64,000 nt of DNA from an uncultured Actinomycetota bacterium (GTDB lineage: Bacteria > Actinomycetota > Actinomycetes > Propionibacteriales > Nocardioidaceae). The stretch covers positions 57,085 to 121,084 of the forward strand of contig CAVQJS010000001.1 in the NCBI GenBank assembly GCA_963712875.1. Direction: 5' to 3'. Below the pieces are notes generated by a model, which was given only the letters and a program-made list of their open reading frames with translations, did not search any database and was not told the DNA's origin. Shown one piece after another: positions 10,464 to 23,029 of this stretch. A program made the translations under genes and the position numbers. The stretch's first letter is position 1; each line of letters starts with the position of its first letter.

Positions 10464-11429
10464 ATGCAGATGCACGGGGAGATCGCCGACCGCTACCGCG
10501 ACTTCGCGACGTACGCCCGCGGCGACAGCCCGACCTTCGAGGCCTGGGCGCTGGGGGTGGCTGACGACCCCGAGATGCACGCCTGGCTGGCCGACCTCCC
10601 CGAGGCCAAGCAGCAGCCCAACCTGGTCTTCGCCGCCGCCCGCTGGCACGGCGCGCCGCGCCGGGGTCGTACGCCGGTCTCCGGCGCCGTCCTGCTGGCC
10701 GAGGAGGCCGCCGTCAAGGCCACCGTCCGCCAGCGCGCGACCCAGACCAACGAGGTCGGCCGGCTGGCGACGCTCACCCCGGTCCTGGCACGGCTCGCCG
10801 GTCCGCTGGCCCTCGTCGAGGTCGGCGCCAGCGCCGGCCTGTGCCTCTACCCCGACCGCTACGACTACGCCTGGCCGCCGATGCGGCGAGCTGACCGGCA
10901 GCGGCGGTCCGACGCTGACGGCCGAGGCCACGGGCGCCGATGCCGGTCCCGGCCGAGCACCCCGACGTCGCCTGGCGCGGGGGAGTCGACCTCAACCCGC
11001 TCGACGTCCGCGACGAGGACGCGATGGCGTGGCTCGAGACGCTGGTCTGGCCCGAGCAGGAGGACCGCCGCGAGCGCCTCCGGGCGGCCGTCGAGGTGGC
11101 GCGCCGGGAGCCGGCGTACCTCGTGGCGGGCGACCTGTTCGACCACCTGCCCGGGCTGCTCGAGCGGGCCGGGCGCCCACGGGACCCCGGTGGTCTTCCA
11201 CAGCGCGGTGCTCGCCTACGTCGACGTCCCGGGTCGCGAGCGCTTCCACGACCTGATGACCGGGCTGGTCGCCGAGGGCGCCTGCCGCTGGATCTCCAAC
11301 GAGGCACCCGGGGTCCTGCCCCGCGTCACGGGTGGTCTCGTCACCCCTCCGGGGCGGTTCGTGCTCGGCCTGGACGGGGTGCCGGTGGCCGTCACGCACG
11401 GACACGGGCATGCGATCGACTGGCTCTGA
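10464..11429 (+). CDS. DUF2332 family protein (methyltransferase-like fold; frameshifted)
   Basis: TQTNEVGR, EVGASAGLCLYPDRY, GVDLNPLD, WLETLVWPEQ and HGHG..IDWL motifs. Confidence 0.8.
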   Translation: MQMHGEIADRYRDFATYARGDSPTFEAWALGVADDPEMHAWLADLPEAKQQPNLVFAAARWHGAPRRGRTPVSGAVLLAEEAAVKATVRQRATQTNEVGRLATLTPVLARLAGPLALVEVGASAGLCLYPDRYDYAWPPMRRADRQRRSDADGRGHGRRCRSRPSTPTSPGAGESTSTRSTSATRTRWRGSRRWSGPSRRTAASASGRPSRWRAGSRRTSWRATCSTTCPGCSSGPGAHGTPVVFHSAVLAYVDVPGRERFHDLMTGLVAEGACRWISNEAPGVLPRVTGGLVTPPGRFVLGLDGVPVAVTHGHGHAIDWL

Positions 11430-11584
11430 TCCGGGCGCGTGTGTCGTGTCGGTGGGGCCGGGCACACTGTCGTAGGCTGGCTGCTCCTTCCCCTTTCTGC
11501 TCCCGTTCTGCCTCGCTGTGTGCGCTGCGCAGCCAGCACCTTGCCCCTCCCAGCGACCCCTTGAAAGGTGCGGAAGTCTCCTCC

Positions 11585-14500
11585 ATGTCGGCCGGCTCCC
11601 ACGACAACTTCGTGCACCTGCACGTGCACACCGAATACTCCATGCTCGACGGCGCGGCTCGCCTCGGCGACCTCGCCCAGCGCGCCGCCGACCTCGAGAT
11701 GCCGGCCATCGCGATGACCGACCACGGCAACGTGTTCGGGGCCTACGAGTTCTACAAGAAGTGCACGGCCGCCGGGGTCAAGCCGATCATCGGCATGGAG
11801 GCCTACTTCACCCCCAACATCAGCCGCCACGAGCGCAAGCGCGTCAACTTCTACAAGGGCGGGCCCGACGACGTCTCCAGTCGTGGTGCCTACACCCACA
11901 TGACGCTGCTGGCGGAGTCCACCGAGGGCATGCACAACCTGTTCCGGCTCAGCACCGGGGCGTGGCGCGACGGCTTCTTCCAGCACCCGCGCGTCGACCG
12001 CGAGCTGCTGTCCCAGCACGGCCGGGGCATCATCGCGACCACCGGTTGCCCCTCGGGAGAGATCCAGGTCCACCTGCGCCACGGCAACTACGAGGCGGCC
12101 CGCAAGACCGCCGGCGACTTCCAGGACATCCTCGGCCCGGACAACTACTTCCTCGAGCTGATGGACCACGGCCTCGACATCGAGCGCCGTGTCCGCGACG
12201 GCCTGCTGAAGCTGTCGCCAGGACCTGCGCATCCCGCTGCTGGCCACCAACGACTCCCACTACGTCCACGAGGCCGACGCGCCGAGCCAGGAGCACCTGC
12301 TCTGCATCAACTCCGGCTCGACCATGGACATCCCGGCCGGCGACGGTCCCGGTCAGCGCTTCGCCTTCAACGGCACCGGCTACTACGTCAAGACCGCGGC
12401 CGAGATGCGCGAGGTGTGGCGCGACCTCCCGGAGGCCTGCGACAACACCCTGCTCATCGCCGAGCGCTGCGACGTCTCGTTCACCGAGGGCAACGGCACC
12501 TACATGCCGCGCTTCCCCTGCCCCGACGGGGAGAGCGAGGACTCGTGGCTGGTCAAGGAGGTCGAGCGCGGCCTGGCCGTGCGCTACCCGGGCGGCGTGC
12601 CCGACGAGGTCCGCAAGCAGGCGGAGTTCGAGATCGGCGTCATCATCCAGATGGGCTTCCCGGGCTACTTCCTGGTCGTCGCCGACTTCATCAACTGGGC
12701 CAAGGACAACGGCATCCGCGTCGGCCCGGGCCGCGGCTCGGGTGCGGGCTCGATGGTCGCCTACGCCATGCGGATCACCGACCTCGACCCGCTCAAGCAC
12801 GGCCTGATCTTCGAGCGCTTCCTCAACCCCGAGCGCGTCTCGATGCCCGACTTCGACATCGACTTCGACGAGCGTCGGCGCGGTGAGGTCATCAAGTACG
12901 TCACCGACAAGTACGGCGACGACCGGGTCTCCTACATCGTCACCTACGGCACCATCAAGGCCAAGCAGGCCGTCAAGGACTCCAGCCGGATCCTGGCCTA
13001 CCCCTTCGCCATGGGTGACCGCATCACCAAGGCGATGCCGGCGGCGGTGATGGGCAAGGACATCCCGCTCAAGGAGATCTTCAACCCCGAGCACAAGCGC
13101 TTCGGCGAGGGCGGCGAGTTCCGCGCCCTCTACGACGGGGACGCCGACGTACGCCGGGTGGTCGACACCGCCATGGGGATCGAGGGGCTCAAGCGCCAGT
13201 GGGGCGTGCACGCGGCCGGCGTGATCATGTCGAGCGAGCCGCTGATCGACGTCATCCCGCTGCTCAAGCGGCCCGCCGACGGGGCGATGATCACCCAGTT
13301 CGACTACCCCACCTGCGAGGCCCTCGGGCTGATCAAGATGGACTTCCTGGGGCTGCGCAACCTCACGGTCCTCGACGACGCGGTGAAGAACATCCTGGCC
13401 AACCGCGGCGAGGACATGGTCCTGGAGGACCTGCCGCTCGACGACGCCCCGGCCTACCAGCTCCTCGGCACCGGCAACACGCTCGGCATCTTCCAGCTCG
13501 ACGGCGGACCGATGCGCAGCCTGCTGCGCCTGATGCGACCGGACAACTTCGAGGACATCTCGGCCGTCCTGGCGCTCTACCGCCCCGGCCCGATGGGTGT
13601 CGACTCGCACACCAACTACGCCCTGCGCAAGAACGGCAAGCAGGACATCACGCCGATCCACCCCGAGCTGGCCGAGCCGCTCCAGGACATCCTCGGCACG
13701 ACCTACGGCCTGATCGTCTACCAGGAGCAGGTCATGGAGGTCGCCCAGAAGCTCGCGGGCTACACCCTCGGCCAGGCCGACCTGCTGCGCCGCGCGATGG
13801 GCAAGAAGAAGAAGGAGGTCCTCGACGCCGAGTACATCCCCTTCTCCGAGGGCATGAAGGCCAACGGCTACTCGCCGGCGGCGATCAAGTCGCTGTGGGA
13901 CGTCCTGGTCCCGTTCTCCGACTACGCCTTCAACAAGGCCCACACCGCGGCCTACGGCCTCATCTCCTACTGGACCGCCTACCTCAAGCACCACTACGCC
14001 GCCGAATACATGGCAGCCCTCCTGACGTCGGTGAAGGACGACAAGGACAAGATGGCGATCTACCTCAACGAGTGTCGCCGGATGAAGATCCAGGTCCTGC
14101 CGCCCGACGTCAACGAGTCGCACGCCAACTTCACGCCTGTCGGCACCGACATCCGCTTCGGGCTCACCGCCATCCGCAACGTCGGCAGCAACGTGGTCGA
14201 CGGCGTCGTCGCCGGGCGCGAGGAGAAGGGCCGCTACACCGACTTCAACGACTTCATGGAGAAGGTCCCCGCGCTGGTCTGCAACAAGCGCGTGGTCGAG
14301 TCGCTCATCAAGGCCGGAGCCTTCGACGAGATGAAGCACAAGCGCCGGGCACTCGTGGTCATCCACGAGTCGGCGGTGGACCAGTACGTCGACATCAAGA
14401 AGAACGAGGCGATCGGTCAGGACTCGCTCTTCGGCGGGATGGACGACCTCGACTCCGGCTTCGGGGCCAGCGTCGCGATCCCCGACATCGACGACTGGGA

Positions 14501-15134
14501 CAAGATGACGCTGCTCGGCCACGAGCGCGAGATGCTCGGCCTCTACGTCTCCGACCACCCGCTCCTCGGCCTCGAGCACGTCCTGTCGCAGGGCACCGAC
14601 TGCTCCATCGGCGCGCTCATGCTCGACGAGGAGCGCGCCCACGGCTCGACCCTGACCGTCAGCGGCCTGATCACCTCGGTCCAGCGCAAGATCACCAAGC
14701 GCGGCGACGCGTGGGCCACGATCACGCTGGAGGACCTCGACGGGGCGATCGAGGTGCTGCTGTTCCCCTCCGCCTACCAGCTCGCCTCGACCATGCTCGT
14801 CGAGGACCAGATCGTCCGGGTGAAGGGGCAGCTGTCCCGGGACAAGGACCAGCCCGAGATCCGCGCCCAGGAGGTCACCGCTCCCGACCTGTCCGACGGG
14901 CCCAGCGGGCCGGTCGTGATCAGCCTGCCCTCGACCAGGTGCACGCCGCCGGTGGTCGACCAGCTGCGCGACGTGCTCGGCACCCATCCCGGGATGACCG
15001 AGGTGCAGCTGCGGCTGCTCACGCGCACCTCCACCAAGGTCCTCAAGCTCGACGACACCCTGCGGGTCAGTCCGAGCCCGGCGCTCTTCGCCGACCTCAA
15101 GCAGCTGCTCGGGCCGGGATGCCTGACGGGGTGA
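11585..15134 (+). CDS. dnaE: DNA polymerase III alpha subunit (one indel near 12217)
   Basis: FVHLHVHTEYSMLDGA PHP domain, GPGRGSGAGS, SMPDFDIDF, KMDFLGL, YAFNKAH, OB fold; no intein seen. Confidence 0.97.
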
Positions 15135-15666
15135 GCCCGGCGTCGAGACCGGTCCTGGTGCGGGTCGCCGCCATCGTCGCGGCGTACGTCGTCGCCAGCG
15201 TCGTCGCGGGTGTGGTGTGGGAGCGGCTGTGGAGCGCGCCCGGTCGGCCTCACCTACGGCGGCGAGTGGTTCCTCGAGCCGGCCGGTCCGGACTTCTCCT
15301 TCGAGGGAGCCGCCCTCTACGTCATCATCGCACTCCCGCTGGGGCTGCTGCTCGCGGTGCTCAGCAGCCTGCGGCCCGGTGACGAGGTCATCACCGTCGT
15401 CACCGTGCTGGTCGCCGCGGCGATCGGCGCCGTCGTGATGTACGCCGTGGGGCACGGGCTCGGCCCGCCCGACCCGCAGGCGCTGGCCGCCGGCCAACCC
15501 GACTTCACACCCCTGCCCGGCGACCTCGTGCTGAGCAGCTCGACCCCGGGCGAGACCACCGTTCGCGTCGACGGCGCTGGTGGCCATGCCGACCGGCGCG
15601 ATGGCTGGTCTGGTCGGGGTCTACCTCCTTGGCAGTAAGCGGGTCGGCGCGCCGTCGCGCGGGTAG
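15131..15666 (+). CDS. Hypothetical multi-pass membrane protein (frameshifted)
   Basis: About four hydrophobic helices over three frames; GTG overlaps the dnaE stop. Confidence 0.55.
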
Positions 15667-15735
15667 GCTGACGACGACCAGAGGACTGGCGTCGGCCCCG
15701 ATTGTCGGGGCGTGGCAACGGGGGAGCAGATCGAC

Positions 15736-17380
15736 ATGAGCACGACACCGGGTGGACCCGACTACCTGGACACGACGGGGCCGATCGAGCAGCCGCCTGC
15801 CAACGACAACCGCAAGCGCATGATCCTGGTCGGCGCGCTCGTCGCCGGTGGTGCGGTCGTGGCCGGCGGTGCGTGGGCGGCGACCAGCTTCTTCACGACC
15901 GGCTCGCAGCCCGCTGAGGCGCTCCCCGACTCGACCGTCGCCTACATGAGCGTCGACCTCGACCCCGCAGGCGGGCAGAAGATCGAGGCCATCAAGACCC
16001 TGCGCAAGTTCCCCGCGTTCACCGACGAGATCGACCTCGAGACCGACGACGACCTGCGCGAGCGACTCTTCGAGGAGATCACGAAGTCGGACGAGTGCGT
16101 CGGCCTCGACTACGCCGCGGACGTGAAGCCGTGGCTCGGGTCCCGCGCAGCCGTCGCCGCCGTCGACCTCGGCGAGGAGATGCCGGCCGCTGTCGGTGTG
16201 GTGCAGGTGACCGACGCCGGTGCGGCCGAGGAGGGCGTCGCCAAGCTGGTCGAGACCTGCGGCACCGGCGAAGAAGGCGAGGTGGGTGGCTGGGTCGTCG
16301 AGGGTGACTGGCTCATCCTGGCCGAGACCAGGGACATCGCCTCCGACGCGGCCGCGGCCGCAGGGGAGAGCAGCCTGGCCGGGGACGCCTCCTTCGAGAA
16401 GTGGACGAGCGAGGCCGGGGACGACGGCTTCATGTCCTTCTACGTCGCCAAGGCTGCAGCCCAGTACGTCGACGAGCTCGGCGGCATGGGTTCGATGATG
16501 GGCGGGATGGGTGGTCTGGCATCCATGCCCGACGAGTACACCGCCGAGGACCCGATGGCGGGCACGGAGGAGGAGGTCCCCGACGAGCTCCAGCAGGTCA
16601 TCGAGGACTTCGACGGCATGGCCGCCACGGTCCGCTTCGACGACGGCTCGGTCGAGGTCGAGTACGCCATCTCCAACTACCAGGAGGAGCTCACCGAGTT
16701 CATGGCCACCGAGGTGGGTGCCGACATCGTCAGCAGCCTCCCCGAGGACACCGTGGCCGCCTTCGGTGTGGGCTTCAACGAAGGGTGGTTCGACGCGGTC
16801 GTCGACTACTTCAAGACCACCGTCCCGGACGAGGCCGACACCATCGACGAGGGCATCGCCCAGATGGAGCAGGAGACCGGGCTCTCCCTGCCCGAGGACA
16901 TCGAGACGCTCATGGGCGAGGGCATGGCCATCGCCGTGGGCAGCGGCATCGACCCCGACGCCATCGCCAACGGTGGCCCCGGCGAGGTGCCGGTCGGCAT
17001 CAAGATCAAGGGTGACGCCGGCGAGATCCAGGCCGTCCTCGACAAGGTCAAGGACATGGCCGGTCCCGAGGCTGCGGAACACATGGAGGTCACCGAGGGC
17101 GACGGCTACGCCGTGCTCGGCCTGCAGGAGGAGTTCCGCTCGGCACTGGAGTCCGAGGGTGGTCTCGGTGACACCGAGGACTACCAGAAGATCGTCGAGA
17201 GCGACGAGGCCCAGTCGGTCCTCTACGTCAACTTCGACGCCGACGACGACTGGCTGGTGCGCGTGAGCGGTGATGTCACCCGAGGTCAGCGAGAACCTGG
17301 CCCCGCTCTCCGCCTTCGGCATCAGCGGCTGGGTCGACGGCGACGTGATCCACGGGCAGGTCAAGCTCACCACCGACTGA
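15736..17380 (+). CDS. Membrane-anchored acidic protein, DUF3352-like
   Basis: N-terminal TM helix then QPAEALPDSTVAYMSVDLDPAGGQKIEA...PWLGSRAAVA; indel near 17280, true stop about 17380. Confidence 0.7.
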
Positions 17381-17399
17381 TCGGTCGGCCCACCGATCA
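17378..17399. terminator. Hairpin between convergent genes
   Basis: TGATCGGT-cggccc-ACCGATCA spanning both stop codons. Confidence 0.45.
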
Positions 17400-17894
17400 G
17401 GTCACCCGACGGATGGTGGCGGTCACCGCTCCGGTGATCGCCACCAGGTCGTGGGGTGCCAGCTCGAGGTCGAACCCGCGGCGACCGCCCGACACGAGGA
17501 TCGTCGCGAAGCCGAGCGCCGAGTCGTCGAGGACCGTCGGGTGGCTGCGCCGCTGTCCCACGGGGGAGATGCCGCCGGCGACGTAGCCGGTCGCGCGCTC
17601 GGCAGCCGCGACCTCGGCCATGACCGCCTTGCTGCCGCCGAGCGCCCGCGCCAGCGCCTTGAGGTCGAGCTGACCCGAGACCGGGACGACTCCCACGACC
17701 AGCCGTCCGTCGAGGCTGGCCAGCAGCGTCTTGAAGACGCGCTCGGGCTCGACGCCCAGAGCGTCAGCGGCCTCCAGCCCGTACGAGACCGCCCGAGGGT
17801 CGTGCTCGTAGGTGCGTACGTCGAAGGGGATGCCGGCTGCGGTCAGGGCGACCGTCGCCGGGGTGCCTCCCGGGGTGCGGGACTTCTTCGCCAT
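17397..17894 (-). CDS. ybaK: Cys-tRNA(Pro) deacylase YbaK
   Basis: TPAT..L, RVFKTL, LDLKALA, AERATGYVAGGISPVG and SGGRRG motifs. Confidence 0.92.
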   Translation of the reverse strand: MAKKSRTPGGTPATVALTAAGIPFDVRTYEHDPRAVSYGLEAADALGVEPERVFKTLLASLDGRLVVGVVPVSGQLDLKALARALGGSKAVMAEVAAAERATGYVAGGISPVGQRRSHPTVLDDSALGFATILVSGGRRGFDLELAPHDLVAITGAVTATIRRVT

Positions 17895-17909
17895 CGGTCG
17901 TGCCTGCGG

Positions 17910-18575
17910 TCAGTTGGGGGACCAGGCCGTGCGCGCCACCTGGGTGGCGGGCAAGGACGGGATGACGTTGATGGCCCGGACCTCGTCGCCCAGCAGCCGG
18001 GTCACGAGCGTGAGCCGTTCGGTGGCGTCCTCGGCCTCGAGCAGGGACTGCCGCTCGGCCATCGGGAGCGGGGAGAGCGCGGACAGCGTCCAGGCGAGGT
18101 AGTCGGGGTCCCGCGGCAGGGTCCCGCTGAACGGATCGCCCTGCAGCGCGACCATGGCCGCGCGGTAGGCCGTGAAGGTGGCCCGGGCCCGTTGGAGGAT
18201 CGCGTCGGGGACGTCGACCTCGGGCTCGGTCACCGCGCTCACGATGCCCGTCGGGAAGTCGTCGCCTCGCTCCATGTGGTCCAGGACCAGCCGCGAGCGA
18301 CCCACCGCCACGATGTCGAAGGTGCCGTCGTGCTGCCGCTCGGCCTCGGTGAGCTGGAGGACGCAGCCGACCCGGTAGACCGACTGGGCGCCGTGGTCAC
18401 CGACCTCGTAGCCCTCGCGGATCGCCACCGTGCCGAACACGCGCTGCGCCGGGTCCTCGATGGTGAGGAGGTGGTTGACCAGCATCCGGTAGCGGTCCTC
18501 GAAGACGTGCAGCGGAAGGGTCATGCCGGGGAACACCACGCTGTTGAGCGGGAACATCGGCAGCTGGTCGCTCAC
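17910..18575 (-). CDS. Stand-alone LON peptidase substrate-binding domain protein
   Basis: [26 protein letters not shown] motif. Confidence 0.88.
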   Translation of the reverse strand: MSDQLPMFPLNSVVFPGMTLPLHVFEDRYRMLVNHLLTIEDPAQRVFGTVAIREGYEVGDHGAQSVYRVGCVLQLTEAERQHDGTFDIVAVGRSRLVLDHMERGDDFPTGIVSAVTEPEVDVPDAILQRARATFTAYRAAMVALQGDPFSGTLPRDPDYLAWTLSALSPLPMAERQSLLEAEDATERLTLVTRLLGDEVRAINVIPSLPATQVARTAWSPN

Positions 18576-18652
18576 CCCTCGACACTAGCCGCAGGTGTCC
18601 ACCCCCGCCCGCGACGACGGCCGGACCCGCCGGGGAACCTAGAATCCTCGTC

Positions 18653-20017
18653 ATGTCCCTGATCCGTCGCATCGACCTGAGGGGCGCCGACCGGGCGTCC
18701 GTCGACTACCGCGCGAGCGTGCCTCGCGCCGAGTTCGACGTCGAGGCCGCGACCCATCAGGTGCAGCCCATCCTCGACGCCGTACGGGCACGGGGAGTGG
18801 CGGCGATCGTCGAGTTCTCCGCGCAGTTCGACGGCGTCGAGCGCGACGACATCACCGTGTCGCGTGAGGCCCTCGACCAGGCCCTGGCAGACCTCGACCC
18901 GGCGATCCGCGCGGGCCTCGAGGAGTCGATCCGCCGGTTGCGGGTGACCAGCGAGGCCGAGCTGGAGCACGACGTCACGACCGAGCTCGCAGACGGTGCC
19001 GTGGTCACGCACCGCAAGGTGCCCATCGACCGCGTCGGTCTCTACGTCCCCGGTGGTCTTGCTCCACTCGTCAGCAGCGTCCTCATGAACGTCGTACCTG
19101 CGCAGGTCGCGGGCGTGCGCTCGATCGCGCTCGCCAGCCCGCCGCAGAAGGGCAGCGACGGACTCCCCGAGCCGACGATCATGGCGGCGTGCGCGCTGCT
19201 GGGCGTCGATGAGGTGTACGCCGTCGGCGGGGCCCAGGCCATCGCCATGTTCGCCTACGGCGCCGGACCGTGTGCCCGCGTGGACCTGGTGACCGGTCCG
19301 GGCAACATCTATGTCGCCGCCGCCAAGCGACTGCTGCGCGGCGAGGTCGGCATCGACTCCGAGGCGGGTCCCACCGAGATCGCCATCCTGGCCGACGACA
19401 GTGCGGAGGCGGCCTTCGTCGCGGCCGACCTGATCAGCCAGGCCGAGCACGACCCGATGGCCGCCTCGGTGCTCGTCACCGACTCCCTCGACCTCGCCGA
19501 CGAGGTCGAGACCGAGCTCGACAAGCAGGTCTTCGCGACGCGTCACACCGAGCGGATCCGCACGGCGCTCGGTGGTCGGCAGTCGGGCATCGTGCTGGTC
19601 GACGACATCGATCAGGGCGTCGACGTGGTCAACGCCTATGCGGCCGAGCACCTGGAGATCCACACGCGCGACGCCGCGCGGGACGCTGCCCGGATCACCA
19701 ACGCCGGGGCGGTCTTCGTCGGACCCTGGGCGCCGGTGTCGCTGGGTGACTACTGCGCCGGCTCCAACCACGTCCTGCCGACCGCCGGCTGCGCCTGCCA
19801 CTCCAGCGGCCTCTCGGTGCGTGCGTTCACGAGGTCGATGCACGTCGTCGACTACTCCCGCCAGGCGCTGGCGGACGTCGCCGAGCACGTGGTCACGCTG
19901 GCCGAGGCCGAGGACCTGCCCGGACACGGCCAGGCCGTGTCGGTCCGGTTCGAAGATTCACCCCACCAGATCGCTCCGCTGACGCTCCGCGATCCGGCGG
20001 GGACCCCGAAACGATGA
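18653..20017 (+). CDS. hisD: Histidinol dehydrogenase
   Basis: [39 protein letters not shown] and [13 protein letters not shown] motifs. Confidence 0.97.
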   Translation: MSLIRRIDLRGADRASVDYRASVPRAEFDVEAATHQVQPILDAVRARGVAAIVEFSAQFDGVERDDITVSREALDQALADLDPAIRAGLEESIRRLRVTSEAELEHDVTTELADGAVVTHRKVPIDRVGLYVPGGLAPLVSSVLMNVVPAQVAGVRSIALASPPQKGSDGLPEPTIMAACALLGVDEVYAVGGAQAIAMFAYGAGPCARVDLVTGPGNIYVAAAKRLLRGEVGIDSEAGPTEIAILADDSAEAAFVAADLISQAEHDPMAASVLVTDSLDLADEVETELDKQVFATRHTERIRTALGGRQSGIVLVDDIDQGVDVVNAYAAEHLEIHTRDAARDAARITNAGAVFVGPWAPVSLGDYCAGSNHVLPTAGCACHSSGLSVRAFTRSMHVVDYSRQALADVAEHVVTLAEAEDLPGHGQAVSVRFEDSPHQIAPLTLRDPAGTPKR

Positions 20018-21132
20018 GCACGGACTTCCCACCCCTGCGCGAGGAGCTGCGGGGGATCGAGCCCTACGGCGCGCCCCAGCTCTCCCTCGAGCAGGCGCCG
20101 GTGCAGCTCAACGTCAACGAGAACCCCTACGGACCCTCGCCGGAGGCGGTGGCCGACATCGCGCGAGCCGTGGGGGAGGCGGCGTCGACCCTCAACCGCT
20201 ACCCCGACCGCGAGTTCACCGCGCTGCGCGAGGGGCTGGCGGCGTACCTCAACACGTCCGGCGGAAGCGGGATCACCCCGGAGATGGTGTGGGCGGCCAA
20301 CGGCTCCAACGAGGTGATGCTGCAGCTGCTGCAGGCCTTCGGTGGGCCGGGCCGCTGCGCGCTGTCCTTTGCGCCGACGTACTCGATGTATCCGGAGTAC
20401 GCCCGCGACGCGATGACCGAGTGGGTCGTCGGGCACCGGGCCGAGGACTTCTCACTCGACCTGGACGCCGCTCGTGAGCTGATCCTCGCGCGGCGGCCGT
20501 CCGTCGTGCTCCTGCCGAGCCCGAACAACCCGACCGGCACCGCGCTGCCGCCGGCGGCGGTCTCGATGCTGTGCGAGGCGGCTGCGTCCTACGACCCGGG
20601 CGGGATCGTGGTCGTCGACGAGGCGTACGGCGAGTTCCGGCGTGAGGGCACGCCGAGCGCGCTCGAGCTGCTGCCCCGCCACCGCAACCTGGTGGTCAGT
20701 CGCACGATGAGCAAGGCGTTCGCGCTGGCGGGTGCCCGGCTGGGATACCTCGCCGCCGACCCGGCCATCTGCGACGCCATCCGCGTCGTACGCCTGCCCT
20801 ACCACCTCTCCGCGGTCACCCAGGCCACCGCGCTGGCCGCCCTTCGTCACGCCCCCGAGCTGCTGGGCAAGGTCGACGACCTGCGGGTCGAGCGCGACTC
20901 GACCGTGGCCTGGCTGCGCGAGCAGGGGCTCGAGGTGGCCGATTCCGACGCCAACTTCGCGCTGTTCGGTCGGTTCGCGGATCGGCACGCCGTGTGGACC
21001 GCGCTGGTCGACCGCGGCGTGCTGATCCGGGAGACCGGACCGGACGGCTGGCTGAGAGTCTCGATCGGCACCGCCGACGAGATGGGAGCATTCAGGCAGG
21101 CACTCACGGAAGTGATCAAGGAGCAAGCATGA
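20014..21132 (+). CDS. hisC: Histidinol-phosphate aminotransferase
   Basis: [24 protein letters not shown] and [16 protein letters not shown] motifs. Confidence 0.97.
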   Translation: MSTDFPPLREELRGIEPYGAPQLSLEQAPVQLNVNENPYGPSPEAVADIARAVGEAASTLNRYPDREFTALREGLAAYLNTSGGSGITPEMVWAANGSNEVMLQLLQAFGGPGRCALSFAPTYSMYPEYARDAMTEWVVGHRAEDFSLDLDAARELILARRPSVVLLPSPNNPTGTALPPAAVSMLCEAAASYDPGGIVVVDEAYGEFRREGTPSALELLPRHRNLVVSRTMSKAFALAGARLGYLAADPAICDAIRVVRLPYHLSAVTQATALAALRHAPELLGKVDDLRVERDSTVAWLREQGLEVADSDANFALFGRFADRHAVWTALVDRGVLIRETGPDGWLRVSIGTADEMGAFRQALTEVIKEQA

Positions 21133-21737
21133 GCCGCACGGCCAGCATCGAGCGCACCACCAAGGAATCCCAGGTCAAGGTCGAGGTCGACCTCGACGGG
21201 ACCGGGCGTGCCCAGGTCAGCACGGGCGTGGGGTTCTTCGACCACATGCTCGACGCGTTCGCGCGCCACTCGCTCGTCGACCTCGTCGTCCACACCAACG
21301 GCGACACCCACATCGACGCCCACCACTCCGTGGAGGACACCGCGATCGTGCTCGGCCAGGCGCTGCGCGAGGCGCTCGGCGACAAGCGCGGCATCCGGCG
21401 CTTCGGTGACGCGACCGTGCCGCTCGACGAGGCGCTGGTGCAGGCCGTCGTCGACGTCTCGGGCCGGCCCTTCTGCGTGCACTCCGGTGAGCCCGAGGGC
21501 CAGCAGTACGTCGCGATCGGCGGCACCGGCGCGTCGTACGCCGGTTCGCTCACTCGCCACGTCTTCGAGTCGCTCTCCTTCCACGCCCACCTCGGACTGC
21601 ACGTCCGCGTGCTGGGCGGGCGCGACCCGCACCACATCGTCGAGGCGCAGTTCAAGGCCTTCGCCCGTGCCTTCCGCGACGCGGTCACCCTCGACCCGCG
21701 TGAGCAGGGAGTGCCGTCCACCAAGGGCAGCCTGTGA
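21129..21737 (+). CDS. hisB: Imidazoleglycerol-phosphate dehydratase
   Basis: [18 protein letters not shown] and [12 protein letters not shown] motifs. Confidence 0.97.
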   Translation: MSRTASIERTTKESQVKVEVDLDGTGRAQVSTGVGFFDHMLDAFARHSLVDLVVHTNGDTHIDAHHSVEDTAIVLGQALREALGDKRGIRRFGDATVPLDEALVQAVVDVSGRPFCVHSGEPEGQQYVAIGGTGASYAGSLTRHVFESLSFHAHLGLHVRVLGGRDPHHIVEAQFKAFARAFRDAVTLDPREQGVPSTKGSL

Positions 21738-22379
21738 CGGCTTCGCCCTCGGTCGTCGTCCTCGACTACGGGTCGGGCAACCTCCGGTCGGTCGTGCGCG
21801 CCATGGAGCGTGCCGGGGCGTCGGTCACGCTGACCGGCGACTTCGAGACCGCGCTCGCGGCGGACGGGCTCGTGGTGCCGGGGGTCGGGGCGTACGCCGC
21901 CTGCATGGCGGGCCTGCGCGCGATCAAGGGCGAGCGCATCATCGGGCGACGGCTCGCGGGCGGTCGGCCGGTGCTCGGCATCTGCGTCGGCATGCAGATC
22001 CTCTTCGCCGAGGGTGTGGAGCACGGGGTCGCCACCGCGGGGTGCGACGAGTGGCCGGGCACGGTCACCCGGCTCGAGGCCGACGTGGTGCCGCACATGG
22101 GCTGGAACACCGTGTCGGTGCCGGACGGCTCGCGTCTCTTCTCGGAGCGTCGAGGGCGAGCGGTTCTACTTCGTGCACTCCTACGCGGCCCGGTCGTGGG
22201 ACCTGGTGACCAACGACCGCACGGCCGCGCCTCTCGTGACGTGGGCCGAGCACGGAGGCGACCGCTTCGTCGCCGCCGTCGAGAACGGCCCGCTCTCGGC
22301 GACGCAGTTCCACCCCGAGAAGTCCGGTGACGCGGGCGCGAAACTCCTCAAAAACTGGGTCGAGTCCCTGCCTCGCTGA
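21734..22379 (+). CDS. hisH: Imidazole glycerol phosphate synthase glutaminase subunit (indel near 22145)
   Basis: [31 protein letters not shown] and QFHPEKSG motifs. Confidence 0.95.
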
Positions 22380-22396
22380 GGGTTACCGTCGCCGGT

Positions 22397-23029
22397 ATGG
22401 CGGAGAAGCTCAGCATGAACCGGATCATCCACGCCGCGGTACGGCGCGACGTGAACCGCACGGAGCGGGCGCTGCGCGCCCTCCGCGACGGCGACGGGGC
22501 CCGGGCCCGGGAGATCCAGGTGGCCTGGCGCAACCTCGTGCGCGAGCTGACCCACCACCACGAGGCTGAGGACTCCATCGCGTGGCCGTTCCTCGCGGCG
22601 AGGGGTTTCGACACGTCACTGCTGGCTGAGATGGAGGAGGAGCACGTCGCCATGAAGCAGGCGCTGGCCTCGTCGTCGGCGGCGATCGACGCGCTCGTCG
22701 CGAGTCCCACTGCTGCGAACGCAGGTGCCGCGGCCGATGCGGTCGCGTCCGCGCGTGAGGTGATCAACGGGCACCTCGCCCACGAGGAGGGCGACGTCGA
22801 GGGCATCATGGGCGACCTCGAGGACGACCCGGAGTGGAAGAAGGCCGCCTCGAAGATGCGGCCGGCCAGCATCGTCGACGCAGCCAACGCCCTGGCCTGG
22901 ATGCAGGACGGCGCGGGGGAGCAGGAACGCACGTCGCTGCGGTCGAACATCCCCGCCCCGGTCATCGCGCTGCTGACGCTCCTGCTGGCCCGCCGCTACC
23001 GTCGCGAGGTCGCGCCGGTCTGGCACTAG
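22397..23029 (+). CDS. Hemerythrin/HHE domain protein
   Basis: H..VRRD, HHHEAED...WP, EH, HLAHEE ligand pattern. Confidence 0.8.
   Translation: MAEKLSMNRIIHAAVRRDVNRTERALRALRDGDGARAREIQVAWRNLVRELTHHHEAEDSIAWPFLAARGFDTSLLAEMEEEHVAMKQALASSSAAIDALVASPTAANAGAAADAVASAREVINGHLAHEEGDVEGIMGDLEDDPEWKKAASKMRPASIVDAANALAWMQDGAGEQERTSLRSNIPAPVIALLTLLLARRYRREVAPVWH

Noticed and set aside
11585-12324. Split dnaE, intein or programmed frameshift
   Set aside because: One extra base near 12217 explains it; no slippery site or intein motifs; same error pattern as neighbouring genes
12030-15587. Long antisense ORFs (1185 aa here, also 31710-34400 and others)
   Set aside because: Shadow ORFs expected opposite high-GC3 genes; no recognisable motifs
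15703-15725. TGTCGG upstream of the DUF3352-like gene as a PafBC site
   Set aside because: No TANNNT at the required 10-nt spacing
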